Sequence record: MW822008.1
Reading direction: 5' to 3' (one strand)
Length of the DNA: 64,000 bases
Source: Escherichia phage BF17
The notes beneath the pieces were generated by a model. It was not told the origin of the DNA. It was given only the letters and a program-made list of their open reading frames with translations, and searched no databases. Shown here one piece after another: positions 56,003-63,848 of this stretch. Made by a program: the position numbers and the translations under genes. The number at the start of each line of letters is the position of its first letter. Within the stretch, counting starts at the first letter, position 1.

Positions 56003-56197
56003 ATGAAAATGGAAAACTTATCAAGTATTTTAGTACAAGATGATTTCGGTAATCCTGGAAGTGCTATCATTGTTCGGGGTAATAAAGCAACATTTGTTAT
56101 TGCTGGTGGACCTGTACAGCGTAGCATTAAAAACAATGCCGTTACTATTAATAATGTACGCTATCGCTTAGATAAAGAATTGATTCATAAACTGTAA
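56003..56197 (+). CDS. hypothetical protein
   Basis: 64-aa ORF (alternative start 56009). Confidence 0.5.
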   Translation: MKMENLSSILVQDDFGNPGSAIIVRGNKATFVIAGGPVQRSIKNNAVTINNVRYRLDKELIHKL

Positions 56198-56224
56198 TAT
56201 TAATTTAATAGAGGATAACAATAA

Positions 56225-56548
56225 ATGTACATTCATACTACTATCACAAAGGAAGTCCGTTGCCAGTTCGAAAGTATTCCGGGCGTATGTTTCATCACTG
56301 GTACGTTTTCCCCTGGTGATCGTGATAATCCAGTACTGTTACAATTACGCCATCCATCATGGGATAAAGCATTTGATCTACCGTTGAATGAATTCGCAAC
56401 TACTGCTGAAAAGTACATTAAAAATATTCGCGAGAATGATCGACTATTCATTAATGCTTTCAGTGATTCCGCGTTAAGCGAGATCCACAGCGTATTGGTT
56501 GCAATCATGGAATCAATGGAGAAAACTAAATTCAAACAAGGTGAATAA
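56225..56548 (+). CDS. hypothetical protein
   Basis: 107-aa ORF, GAGGA upstream. Confidence 0.55.
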   Translation: MYIHTTITKEVRCQFESIPGVCFITGTFSPGDRDNPVLLQLRHPSWDKAFDLPLNEFATTAEKYIKNIRENDRLFINAFSDSALSEIHSVLVAIMESMEKTKFKQGE

Positions 56549-56553
56549 AAACT

Positions 56554-56616
56554 ATTGACAAGATAATCTAGTACTGTATAATAAGTTACATGAAGGGGAG
56601 AAATGATTCTCCCCAC
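56554..56616 (+). promoter_or_regulatory. sigma70-like promoter with leader hairpin
   Basis: TTGACA-17-TATAAT; hairpin GGGGAGAAATGATTCTCCCC. Confidence 0.6.
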
Positions 56617-56631
56617 TGAGAGGAAAGAAAA

Positions 56632-56844
56632 ATGCAAGGTCAACTAATCGTTCGTAAATGGTCTGATACTAACGCTAAACCGTGGGATGTACAATACATC
56701 GGACCGGATGGGGTATCACGTTATCAGCCTGGCGTAACGCATAGTACTGAGCAATATGCCGCCGCTCACCGCGAACGCCTGTTAGAATCCATGAAACAGG
56801 GATACGGTGAAAAATTCATTCAAGATCATTGGCTGAAAGATTAA
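56632..56844 (+). CDS. hypothetical protein
   Basis: 70-aa ORF. Confidence 0.55.
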   Translation: MQGQLIVRKWSDTNAKPWDVQYIGPDGVSRYQPGVTHSTEQYAAAHRERLLESMKQGYGEKFIQDHWLKD

Positions 56845-56861
56845 TATAAGGAGTACAGCTT

Positions 56862-56954
56862 ATGCAAATGAATCCGATGATTATTGTGTTAGCTGTACTT
56901 ATGATCATTCATGCAATAGTAAAAGTATTAACGCAATCAGGAGTAATAAAATGA
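56862..56954 (+). CDS. small hydrophobic peptide
   Basis: 30-aa ORF; AAGGAG upstream; single TM-like helix. Confidence 0.35.
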   Translation: MQMNPMIIVLAVLMIIHAIVKVLTQSGVIK

Positions 56955-57124
56955 TTCAAGTAGAATTATCAGTACTGAAAGATCTGTTTTATCGGTTAGG
57001 TACTACTGGCGAGTATCCTAAAAGTGATACCGCAAAACTTTTTGTATCACTCGACTTATGGCAACGCGAACAATTAGTAATGTCCTGGCGTAAAGGTAAA
57101 GCAGATAGCGAGGTGAAAGCATGA
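56951..57124 (+). CDS. small protein
   Basis: 57-aa ORF overlapping upstream stop (ATGA). Confidence 0.35.
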   Translation: MIQVELSVLKDLFYRLGTTGEYPKSDTAKLFVSLDLWQREQLVMSWRKGKADSEVKA

Positions 57125-57270
57125 AAGAATTCTTATTCGAAGTAGTGTTTCAAGGTGTCGGTAGTAACCAACTGATTCGCTCAAGTGGTTATAATGTTAA
57201 CCAGGCATGGAATAACATTAAACAAATGTACCCGAACGCTATCACCTATCGCAACCCGAAAGAAGTTTAA
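57121..57270 (+). CDS. small protein
   Basis: 49-aa ORF overlapping upstream stop. Confidence 0.35.
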   Translation: MKEFLFEVVFQGVGSNQLIRSSGYNVNQAWNNIKQMYPNAITYRNPKEV

Positions 57271-57284
57271 AAATATTTGAAAAA

Positions 57285-57306
57285 GGGATTGACTCCGGTC
57301 AGTCCC
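57285..57306 (+). terminator. hairpin terminator with embedded TTGACT
   Basis: GGGATTGACTCCGGTCAGTCCC. Confidence 0.55.
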
Positions 57307-57414
57307 TTTGCTATTATATACGCATAGAAACAAATCAGCCCACAGGGTGCATAAATGTATCTATTGTTTGCTGGTGGCTAGTACTGAAAACTATTTTTAA
57401 AAAAGTACTTGCAT

Positions 57415-57446
57415 TGTACTTAGAATCAAGTATAATGTTTTACATC
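57415..57446 (+). promoter_or_regulatory. early-type promoter driving the second candidate small-RNA copy
   Basis: ACTTGCATTGTACTTAGAATCAAG TATAAT. Confidence 0.55.
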
Positions 57447-57525
57447 AGGACGGGGAACGAAACAAGTAACCCCGTTAAGTAGTCCAGGAGTAAGACATAA
57501 GAAAACCTCCCCTGATAAAATAGTT
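57447..57525 (+). ncRNA. candidate small RNA / structured leader, copy 2
   Basis: near-identical to 47131-47215; again between an upstream promoter and a downstream TTGACA...TATAAT. Confidence 0.4.
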
Positions 57526-57585
57526 TGACAATAGAAAGTAAACGAGTATAATACTTACATCAACCACTGATAAGGAAACATTAAA

Positions 57586-57861
57586 ATGCGGATTCTACTG
57601 ACAGCTAACGAAATCGAACAAGTACTGACTACTAACCTGGAAGACTGGAAACGTGAAGCAGATATCCAGGCGGTTCAACTGCTTAACGATAAGTTAACGC
57701 CGGATGACTTAAGCAAGATTGTAGATCCTCAATTCTACGAAGATATCCACGACACCGCGTTAAGCGTCGAGGATGTACTAGATAAGCACTACATTGATAT
57801 TGATTTGCAGGTTTACGGTCGTAAAAACTTTATCACTATTCACGACATTTATAATAATTAA
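57586..57861 (+). CDS. hypothetical protein
   Basis: 91-aa ORF. Confidence 0.55.
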   Translation: MRILLTANEIEQVLTTNLEDWKREADIQAVQLLNDKLTPDDLSKIVDPQFYEDIHDTALSVEDVLDKHYIDIDLQVYGRKNFITIHDIYNN

Positions 57862-57863
57862 GT

Positions 57864-57925
57864 ATTGACAAAGTATCTTAGTACTGTATAATAGTTTACA
57901 TCGAGAGGGGGAATGGTTCCCCTCC
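57864..57925 (+). promoter_or_regulatory. sigma70-like promoter with leader hairpin
   Basis: TTGACAAAGTATCTTAGTACTG TATAAT; hairpin GGGGGAATGGTTCCCCTCC. Confidence 0.6.
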
Positions 57926-57947
57926 TAACAAAGAGAGAGAAATAAAA

Positions 57948-58130
57948 ATGGCTAAATGCACTATCTGCAAGAAAGAAATAGTATTAGTTCCAAGTGCCCG
58001 TGAACGTGCCGCTCGGTTCGGTGGCAAAGCGTCAGACTATACAAAAATGTTTACTACCCATGCAGCTTGCCAGGTAGCAAAACGTTCACAAGAAAGCGTA
58101 GAATTAATGCGTAAACTTTCCAAAAAATAA
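57948..58130 (+). CDS. small Cys-containing protein
   Basis: 60 aa; C-x2-C at N-terminus. Confidence 0.5.
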   Translation: MAKCTICKKEIVLVPSARERAARFGGKASDYTKMFTTHAACQVAKRSQESVELMRKLSKK

Positions 58131-58133
58131 GTA

Positions 58134-58196
58134 TTGACAAAGTATCTTAGTACTGTATAATAGTTTACATCAAGTGAGGGGAAACGGTTCCCCTCC
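58134..58196 (+). promoter_or_regulatory. sigma70-like promoter with leader hairpin
   Basis: near-duplicate of 57864 unit. Confidence 0.6.
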
Positions 58197-58218
58197 TAAC
58201 AAAGAGAGAGAAATAAAA

Positions 58219-58542
58219 ATGGCTATGATCCTTGCCCAGAAAGTAGAACTGAAAATTGTAACCTCCTTTGACATTAAAGTTAATCGGTGGACTGATTCAC
58301 ACGGCAATACTTACCACTCTTGCTACGTGTCCGCGTTAATTGGCGACCGCTGGGAAGACTTGGGACATGAAACCTTTACTTACGGTTACGGTACACAAGG
58401 AGAATACACGGGCTTGGAGATCATTAAAGAAACCGTTATAGGTTTCAACCCGAAAGAAAAAGTTATTCACCGCATCGAAAAAGAGATTAACAAAGAAATA
58501 ACAGTTCGCTACTACGATGTAAAACGTAAGAAAGACATGTAA
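58219..58542 (+). CDS. hypothetical protein, paralog of 51801-52124
   Basis: trimmed to MAMILAQ. Confidence 0.6.
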   Translation: MAMILAQKVELKIVTSFDIKVNRWTDSHGNTYHSCYVSALIGDRWEDLGHETFTYGYGTQGEYTGLEIIKETVIGFNPKEKVIHRIEKEINKEITVRYYDVKRKKDM

Positions 58543-58637
58543 TAGAATCCATTTAAAGTACTATTTGACATTGCCCAGATAGTACTTTATAATAGACTCT
58601 AACTTGTAGTACTAACTCAACTAATAGGATGTATACC

Positions 58638-59033
58638 ATGATTACTAAATTCTACGCTACCCGTGAAGCTGCCCGTATTGTTGCACGCGAGGAAGGAGCA
58701 GCATTTAAAGACATGGGCAAAGATGCACCGAAAGGTCAACGCTGGGCCGTACAGTTCAAAGAAATCTCTGATATTGTGAATTCACCTGAGCCAGTACTAA
58801 CAGCAGCAGAACTAAAACGAGCGGATTTACTGGCGGCAGTACTTAACGCACAAGATGAATTTATCGCTGATTCTGATATCAAAGTACAGACAAACCATAC
58901 CGCTTGGACTCACGCGGATCACCTGGCAAACCTTAAGCGTCCAAGTGAACTGGTTCGCAACCAGAAAGAGATCCGACACGACCGTAAGGGTAATCGTGTA
59001 ACAGTATACAGTAAACGCCGCCAGGTTATCTAA
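58638..59033 (+). CDS. hypothetical protein, paralog of 46266-46532
   Basis: trimmed to MITKFYATREAARIVAREEG. Confidence 0.6.
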   Translation: MITKFYATREAARIVAREEGAAFKDMGKDAPKGQRWAVQFKEISDIVNSPEPVLTAAELKRADLLAAVLNAQDEFIADSDIKVQTNHTAWTHADHLANLKRPSELVRNQKEIRHDRKGNRVTVYSKRRQVI

Positions 59034-59054
59034 TAACTTGCAGTACTAACAACA

Positions 59055-59088
59055 CGGCGGGATCAGTTCCCGCCTTTTTTATAGGATA
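59055..59088 (+). terminator. rho-independent terminator
   Basis: GGCGGGATCAGTTCCCGCC + TTTTTT. Confidence 0.65.
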
Positions 59089-59095
59089 AACTAAA

Positions 59096-59350
59096 ATGAT
59101 TAAGGTACAACTATCTAAAGATAATATCTTGCGGGTACACTATAAAGCACCACAGAGAATCATCACAAAGGCCGTACAGCTTGCTAATGAGTTTATTAAT
59201 GGTAACCTATTACCAAGGAAGTTAAGCAACGGAAAACTGCGTGTAATCGATGTAGACACTAACAACAGAATAGTAATTGAGAACACAGGAAAGATAAACC
59301 TATATGAACACCAACAATATAATAAGAAAATAAAACTAATATCACGTTGA
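59096..59350 (+). CDS. hypothetical protein
   Basis: 84-aa ORF. Confidence 0.5.
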   Translation: MIKVQLSKDNILRVHYKAPQRIITKAVQLANEFINGNLLPRKLSNGKLRVIDVDTNNRIVIENTGKINLYEHQQYNKKIKLISR

Positions 59351-59376
59351 CAGTACTCAATTGTTTTAGTATTATG
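59347..59376 (+). promoter_or_regulatory. sigma70-like promoter
   Basis: TTGACA-17-TATTAT; duplicated at 59623. Confidence 0.55.
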
Positions 59377-59403
59377 TACACATACCAACACGGGAGAAAC
59401 AAA

Positions 59404-59622
59404 ATGAAATTATCTAAAATCGAAAAGAAAACTATTGATGAAGCAGTTAAGCACGGTTATACCTTTCGTAATGATTCACATTTTACCAATTTTCAACAAG
59501 GCCAAAGGACTATTAAAAAACTAATTGACAAAGGTTTATTAGTTAAAGTAGATAACGGTAACGGCATTGAGTATCAGCCAACCCAAGACGCATTATCTTT
59601 AAAGAAATATGCAATTATCTAA
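59404..59622 (+). CDS. hypothetical protein
   Basis: trimmed to MKLSKIEKK. Confidence 0.55.
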   Translation: MKLSKIEKKTIDEAVKHGYTFRNDSHFTNFQQGQRTIKKLIDKGLLVKVDNGNGIEYQPTQDALSLKKYAII

Positions 59623-59653
59623 TTGACAGTACTCAAATGTTTTAGTACTATAT
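59623..59653 (+). promoter_or_regulatory. sigma70-like promoter (duplicate of 59347 unit)
   Basis: TTGACAGTACTCAAATGTTTTAG TACTAT. Confidence 0.55.
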
Positions 59654-59679
59654 GTACATACCAACACGGGGAAAACAAA

Positions 59680-59922
59680 ATGATTACTTTAGAAAAACGT
59701 ATCAAAGAAACTACATCGCTGGTGGAACTGTTAACAGTACTGAAATGCCGTACTACTCGGTTTAGTACACCGGACTTTATTAATATGGTTGATGTTAACG
59801 GTCGTTATCGCATTGCAGTAGAACATGGAACAGCGAAAGTATTCAGTACTAAAAACACTAAGGAAGTGATTCACGCGGTTAGTGTGAAAAAAGTGGTTGC
59901 CATTGATAGTAAAGTACTGTAA
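59680..59922 (+). CDS. hypothetical protein
   Basis: trimmed to MITLEKRIKE. Confidence 0.55.
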   Translation: MITLEKRIKETTSLVELLTVLKCRTTRFSTPDFINMVDVNGRYRIAVEHGTAKVFSTKNTKEVIHAVSVKKVVAIDSKVL

Positions 59923-59953
59923 GATAGTTTCATTAACTCAAGGAGAACATGCA

Positions 59954-60538
59954 ATGCGTAATTATACTAAATTCATCCGTACCCTGTCAGAAATGGAAAC
60001 CAACAAAGAGATCCTTTCAGCTTGTCGGTTAGCTGGTCTGGAGATCATCGGTGCGGGTTCTTCCCGTATTGTATTCGCTTTAAATGATCGGTTAGTGATT
60101 AAGGTCGCCAATTGTGATGCGGGTGTAGAACAAAATGAAACTGAATGTAAGGTATGGAATTTTTTAGACTATGACCGCCCTCAATTGAAACAGTACTTTG
60201 CAAAGGTGCATATGCATTTATGCGATCCTGATAATATGTTTATCGTTATGGATCGGTTGAGTACTGCAAGCAAAGGCAGTGTAAAGCACGTTAACGCGTG
60301 CAACGAATTAAAGTACAATATTAAACGTAATGCCATTGAACGCCAGCACCGCTTTGCTGATGCACTACAACACGTCGATGATACATTATCAACACTAACG
60401 ATAAGAGATATCAGAAAACAGAATATCGGCCAGGATCGTAATGGACTTATTAAAGTACTTGATTACGGTTTAACCCGCAATATCTGGAATCAGTACTATA
60501 AAAAGCGTGATGTGGCAGCAAGTAAAGTAACACGATAA
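59954..60538 (+). CDS. possible small protein-kinase-like protein
   Basis: trimmed to MRNYTKF after AGGAGA; kinase-like motifs IGAGSSRIVF, VIKVA, IRDIRKQNIG, VLDYGL. Confidence 0.45.
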   Translation: MRNYTKFIRTLSEMETNKEILSACRLAGLEIIGAGSSRIVFALNDRLVIKVANCDAGVEQNETECKVWNFLDYDRPQLKQYFAKVHMHLCDPDNMFIVMDRLSTASKGSVKHVNACNELKYNIKRNAIERQHRFADALQHVDDTLSTLTIRDIRKQNIGQDRNGLIKVLDYGLTRNIWNQYYKKRDVAASKVTR

Positions 60539-60551
60539 AAAAGATTAAAAA

Positions 60552-60573
60552 AGGGATTGATTTCGGTCAGTCC
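60552..60573 (+). terminator. hairpin terminator with embedded -35-like box
   Basis: GGGATTGATTTCGGTCAGTCCC. Confidence 0.55.
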
Positions 60574-60674
60574 CTTTGCTATTATATATTCATTGAGAGA
60601 TAGCTCACTGACCCACAGGGTGCATAAATGTATCTATTATATAAGTATTCAGTACTGAAAACTATTTTTAAAAA

Positions 60675-60742
60675 GTACTTGCATTGTACTTAGAATCAAG
60701 TATAATGTTTTATATCGAGAGGGGGGGAACGGTTCTCCCTCA
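60675..60742 (+). promoter_or_regulatory. early-type promoter with leader hairpin
   Basis: ACTTGCATTGTACTTAGAATCAAG TATAAT; hairpin GGGGGGGAACGGTTCTCCCTC. Confidence 0.6.
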
Positions 60743-60761
60743 AAGAATAAGGAATAAAATC

Positions 60762-60983
60762 ATGACTACAATGACTTGCATTTACGCTTCCAATCTTCTG
60801 AATGATGCGGCCTTTAATGTTGATTCAGAATATCAATGTTATCGGGATGAAAATAAAAAAGTTTTTGTAGTTGATAATAATGGTTTCCATATTGAAATAC
60901 AATCCGGCTTCACTGGTGTTGATGGTAAATCAGTATGGGGCGTACAGGATGATAACGGTACATATCATTTTAAACGTAATTAA
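60762..60983 (+). CDS. hypothetical protein
   Basis: trimmed to MTTMTCIYAS. Confidence 0.55.
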   Translation: MTTMTCIYASNLLNDAAFNVDSEYQCYRDENKKVFVVDNNGFHIEIQSGFTGVDGKSVWGVQDDNGTYHFKRN

Positions 60984-60985
60984 GT

Positions 60986-61046
60986 ATTGACAAAGTATCT
61001 TAGTACTGTATAATAGTTTACATCAAGGGGAGAATAGTTCTCCCCG
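60986..61046 (+). promoter_or_regulatory. sigma70-like promoter with leader hairpin
   Basis: TTGACAAAGTATCTTAGTACTG TATAAT; hairpin GGGGAGAATAGTTCTCCCC. Confidence 0.6.
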
Positions 61047-61067
61047 ATACTAAAAGGAAACAAAATT

Positions 61068-61340
61068 ATGTCCAGCTACTCCGCTACTATGATCATTAAA
61101 GATATGAACGGTAATCCTACTTCCGCTGGTGGATCATTTGGAAACATTAATTTAGATGGTCGGTTATCCATGCAATCAGCCATCGATGCAGCGAAAGAAG
61201 TTTTTAAGAATGAATGCACTGTAAGCAAGCTGGATTATATGGGATTCGCTATCGAGAAAACTAATCGTTTTGTGAACTACAAAAATCCACTGATGATTGA
61301 TACTAACCTGAAAGCTAACGAAGTGGAATACTTATTATGA
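61068..61340 (+). CDS. hypothetical protein
   Basis: 90-aa ORF. Confidence 0.55.
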   Translation: MSSYSATMIIKDMNGNPTSAGGSFGNINLDGRLSMQSAIDAAKEVFKNECTVSKLDYMGFAIEKTNRFVNYKNPLMIDTNLKANEVEYLL

Positions 61341-61528
61341 CAGTTGAAGAAGTTAAAAAAGTACTGGCAGTACTACGCTATCATAATCATTGCAAGGTGA
61401 AGAATGATCCTGATTATGTTGATTCATCCCTGGAGGAAGACACATTAAACGCAATAAGCCATATGCAAACATTAGCAAAGCGTATGACCGAAAAGAATAG
61501 ACCGGACTATATCGGAAATAAAATTTAA
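61337..61528 (+). CDS. hypothetical protein
   Basis: 63-aa ORF overlapping upstream stop. Confidence 0.5.
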   Translation: MTVEEVKKVLAVLRYHNHCKVKNDPDYVDSSLEEDTLNAISHMQTLAKRMTEKNRPDYIGNKI

Positions 61529-61530
61529 AA

Positions 61531-61597
61531 AGTACTTGCATTGTAGTTAGATTAACGTATAATGTTTTACATAGAGCGGGGGAATAGTTCTCCCGCC
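61531..61597 (+). promoter_or_regulatory. early-type promoter with leader hairpin
   Basis: ACTTGCATTGTAGTTAGATTAACG TATAAT; hairpin GCGGGGGAATAGTTCTCCCGC. Confidence 0.6.
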
Positions 61598-61614
61598 AGT
61601 CCAGGAGATACACC

Positions 61615-61878
61615 ATGAACACTATCGAAATCACTATCAATGCACACGTATACGACAACGTAGTACTGCAAACTACTATGACCGCTAACGATACCAGTAC
61701 TTTGCGGAATACTGTTATTAGTGCCGTATGTGCCGCTATCGGTGATGTCGCCCTGGAAAATGCAAAACACGTAAACGATGGTTTCACTATGTGCAAACGT
61801 GATAACGCAAAACATATCATCGTGGAAGGTTACGGCGGTGTAGAATTTAATGTTTATATGAAAAAAGTACTTGCATAA
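61615..61878 (+). CDS. hypothetical protein
   Basis: 87-aa ORF. Confidence 0.55.
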   Translation: MNTIEITINAHVYDNVVLQTTMTANDTSTLRNTVISAVCAAIGDVALENAKHVNDGFTMCKRDNAKHIIVEGYGGVEFNVYMKKVLA

Positions 61879-61927
61879 TAACTAAAACAAAGTATAATGT
61901 TTTGCATAGGGGGAGATGTCCTCCCCC
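61866..61927 (+). promoter_or_regulatory. early-type promoter with leader hairpin
   Basis: ACTTGCATAATAACTAAAACAAAG TATAAT; hairpin GGGGGAGATGTCCTCCCCC. Confidence 0.55.
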
Positions 61928-61945
61928 ACTAAAAGGAGTAATAAA

Positions 61946-62170
61946 ATGGCTAACTTTGATGAACTGATGCGGGAAGTAGCTAACCTGGCAGAAGAGAAAA
62001 AATCATTCGATTCTATCTATAACACCTCTTACCGTGATTCAGTACTGGCATGTAACCAGGATCAAAAAGATGAACTAATCGCCACCTATCATGAAGCATG
62101 GAAGTACTACCGACAATGGGAGAAAGAAGAAAGAGAGTCTACCATTGACGGCCTCAATAATCTAATCTAA
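61946..62170 (+). CDS. hypothetical protein
   Basis: trimmed to MANFDELMRE. Confidence 0.55.
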   Translation: MANFDELMREVANLAEEKKSFDSIYNTSYRDSVLACNQDQKDELIATYHEAWKYYRQWEKEERESTIDGLNNLI

Positions 62171-62189
62171 AAGTTTTATTTCAGTACTA

Positions 62190-62220
62190 TTGACATAGCT
62201 TGATAGTACTGATGTAATAA
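62190..62220 (+). promoter_or_regulatory. sigma70-like promoter (TTGACA class), repeat copy
   Basis: TTGACATAGCTTGATAGTACTGA TGTAAT. Confidence 0.5.
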
Positions 62221-62246
62221 CTTTACTAACTACAAGGGGAAACATC

Positions 62247-62504
62247 ATGGAACAATTCACACAATATCGGGTAAATCCTCAAGCTATGGCCTACGTAGAA
62301 GACCATAAAACGTTACCAGTACTGCAACCAGTTAAAGGCCATATCTATCGTGCAATGTCGTGGAGTACGGCCCAGGATGGCTATAAAACCGTAGCCGTTG
62401 GTATGTACTGCGGTAATGGTGAATGGTTTGATCCAAATAATCCGGTAGCCATTGACAGTACTGAAAAAATGAAATGGGCCGACTACATCGAAGATATTTC
62501 ATAA
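62247..62504 (+). CDS. hypothetical protein
   Basis: 85-aa ORF. Confidence 0.55.
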   Translation: MEQFTQYRVNPQAMAYVEDHKTLPVLQPVKGHIYRAMSWSTAQDGYKTVAVGMYCGNGEWFDPNNPVAIDSTEKMKWADYIEDIS

Positions 62505-62518
62505 AAAGAATAAAAAAA

Positions 62519-62540
62519 AGGAGTTGACTTCGGTCCGCTC
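62519..62540 (+). terminator. hairpin terminator with embedded TTGACT
   Basis: GGAGTTGACTTCGGTCCGCTCC. Confidence 0.55.
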
Positions 62541-62746
62541 CTTTAGTACTATATACGCATAGAAACAAATCAGCCCACAGGGTGCATAAGTGTATCCAAA
62601 ATATATAGTTAATAACGGTGAGTAACTATCTGCTGGTGGAACTAAAACTATTAATAAAAAAGTATTGACAAAGTATATCAGTACTGCAATAATGTATCTC
62701 GTAGGGCGGCAATGGTGCGACGGCCCACAAAGTTAGGAGATTCAAA

Positions 62747-63079
62747 ATGAGTACTTCAATCGCTATCGTTAAAGCTTTCATCCGTACCAATGTTTCATCT
62801 GTATTCATCGACGGTCTGGATCGGGAAGTAGAATACTCAATCATTATCGCACAGACTGCAAACGGTGCTCGGTATATCCTTAATGATAGTGAAGCAAATC
62901 ACTACTACTTCACTAAAGCTACTGGCTTTAAACGCATCGATGCTGATGTAGTATACGCTAAGATGAATAAGCTGGTAGACAAGATTAACGCTAAAGGTAC
63001 TATAGATTTACAGTACTGGACCGAAACCGATCCAGAATATGGATCTCACCGCTACCTGAATCCAGGTATTAAAATGTAA
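62747..63079 (+). CDS. hypothetical protein
   Basis: 110-aa ORF; AGGAG upstream; preceded by TTGACA promoter at 62664. Confidence 0.55.
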   Translation: MSTSIAIVKAFIRTNVSSVFIDGLDREVEYSIIIAQTANGARYILNDSEANHYYFTKATGFKRIDADVVYAKMNKLVDKINAKGTIDLQYWTETDPEYGSHRYLNPGIKM

Positions 63080-63083
63080 AAAG

Positions 63084-63150
63084 TACTTGCATAGTACTTA
63101 GAATCAAGTATAATGTTTTACATAGAGAGGGGGAAATGGTTCTCCCTCCT
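63084..63150 (+). promoter_or_regulatory. early-type promoter with leader hairpin
   Basis: ACTTGCATAGTACTTAGAATCAAG TATAAT; hairpin GAGGGGGAAATGGTTCTCCCTCC. Confidence 0.6.
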
Positions 63151-63168
63151 AAATTAAGGAGTTTTATC

Positions 63169-63570
63169 ATGACCTTCTCAATCAATTCCTTCGCTGACGT
63201 TTTAGTACTGGCTCGGACTTTCGGTAAAGATGCACTGGAGTACGCTGTAAGTAATGGCACTATCCAACCGGAACAGTGCCGCATCATTGGAAACTGCAAA
63301 CGTTGGGCGGTATCCAATACTATTGCACTGGAAAACTTCCACGATGGCAACAATGAATATTCTGTTGATGTAGTATTCGAAGCCGTTGATCTCGGCGGTA
63401 TCTATAATACTAACCTGAATGATGTGCGTATCGTTCGCACGGGGTTCGGTGCTTATGATGTATCTATCCGTGAAGCTATGGACAACGGATACATTAGCAA
63501 GGACTTACTTGCTCACATCATGCAGCTGTGTACGGAACGTAACGAAGCACGCACTATCTTAGGACTGTAA
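63169..63570 (+). CDS. hypothetical protein
   Basis: trimmed to MTFSINSF; 133 aa. Confidence 0.6.
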   Translation: MTFSINSFADVLVLARTFGKDALEYAVSNGTIQPEQCRIIGNCKRWAVSNTIALENFHDGNNEYSVDVVFEAVDLGGIYNTNLNDVRIVRTGFGAYDVSIREAMDNGYISKDLLAHIMQLCTERNEARTILGL

Positions 63571-63584
63571 GCGTTACACATCAC

Positions 63585-63615
63585 CAAACATCATAGGCCG
63601 CCTTGTAGCGGCCTT
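63585..63615 (+). terminator. terminator-like hairpin
   Basis: GGCCGCCTTGTAGCGGCC; no strong T-run. Confidence 0.4.
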
Positions 63616-63638
63616 AACTATATCAGGAGTACATACAT

Positions 63639-63848
63639 ATGTTCTATACAGTATACAGCGTTCTAGGTACTATTGCAGGCGTACATGATAACGTCAATGA
63701 TGCTATGCGTACAGTACTGCAACAGGTTCCACTAAAGCCTAAGACCATTAAGCAGATGACAGCACGACTAACCAGGGCGACCGATGGCGTGGAAGTATGG
63801 CAGGACTACGGGGATACACAGATAATCGTTAGCGTAACGAAGGATTAA
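63639..63848 (+). CDS. hypothetical protein
   Basis: 69-aa ORF, AGGAG upstream. Confidence 0.55.
   Translation: MFYTVYSVLGTIAGVHDNVNDAMRTVLQQVPLKPKTIKQMTARLTRATDGVEVWQDYGDTQIIVSVTKD

Noticed and set aside
45110-63136. N-terminal extensions in the ORF track (MFYIE..., MVNSSPLYKRIKK..., MVLPGNEENK..., MILPNNRRNK..., MYLESSIMFYIERGG... and similar)
   Set aside because: These extensions start inside the promoter or leader hairpin; in each case an RBS-spaced ATG lies downstream in the same frame, so I trimmed the genes to that start
45069-63150. The ~40 repeated promoter/hairpin units as a possible CRISPR array
   Set aside because: Repeats are not regularly spaced around short unique spacers; each sits upstream of a protein-coding gene and contains -35/-10 elements
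48506-63353. Minus-strand ORFs in the last block (48506-48691, 50393-50680, 50887-51123, 51532-51771, 53172-53514, 55396-55614, 56233-56643, 59140-59391, 61353-61820, 62332-62844, 63069-63353)
   Set aside because: Antisense to a uniformly plus-strand, promoter-supported block; several read across promoter units
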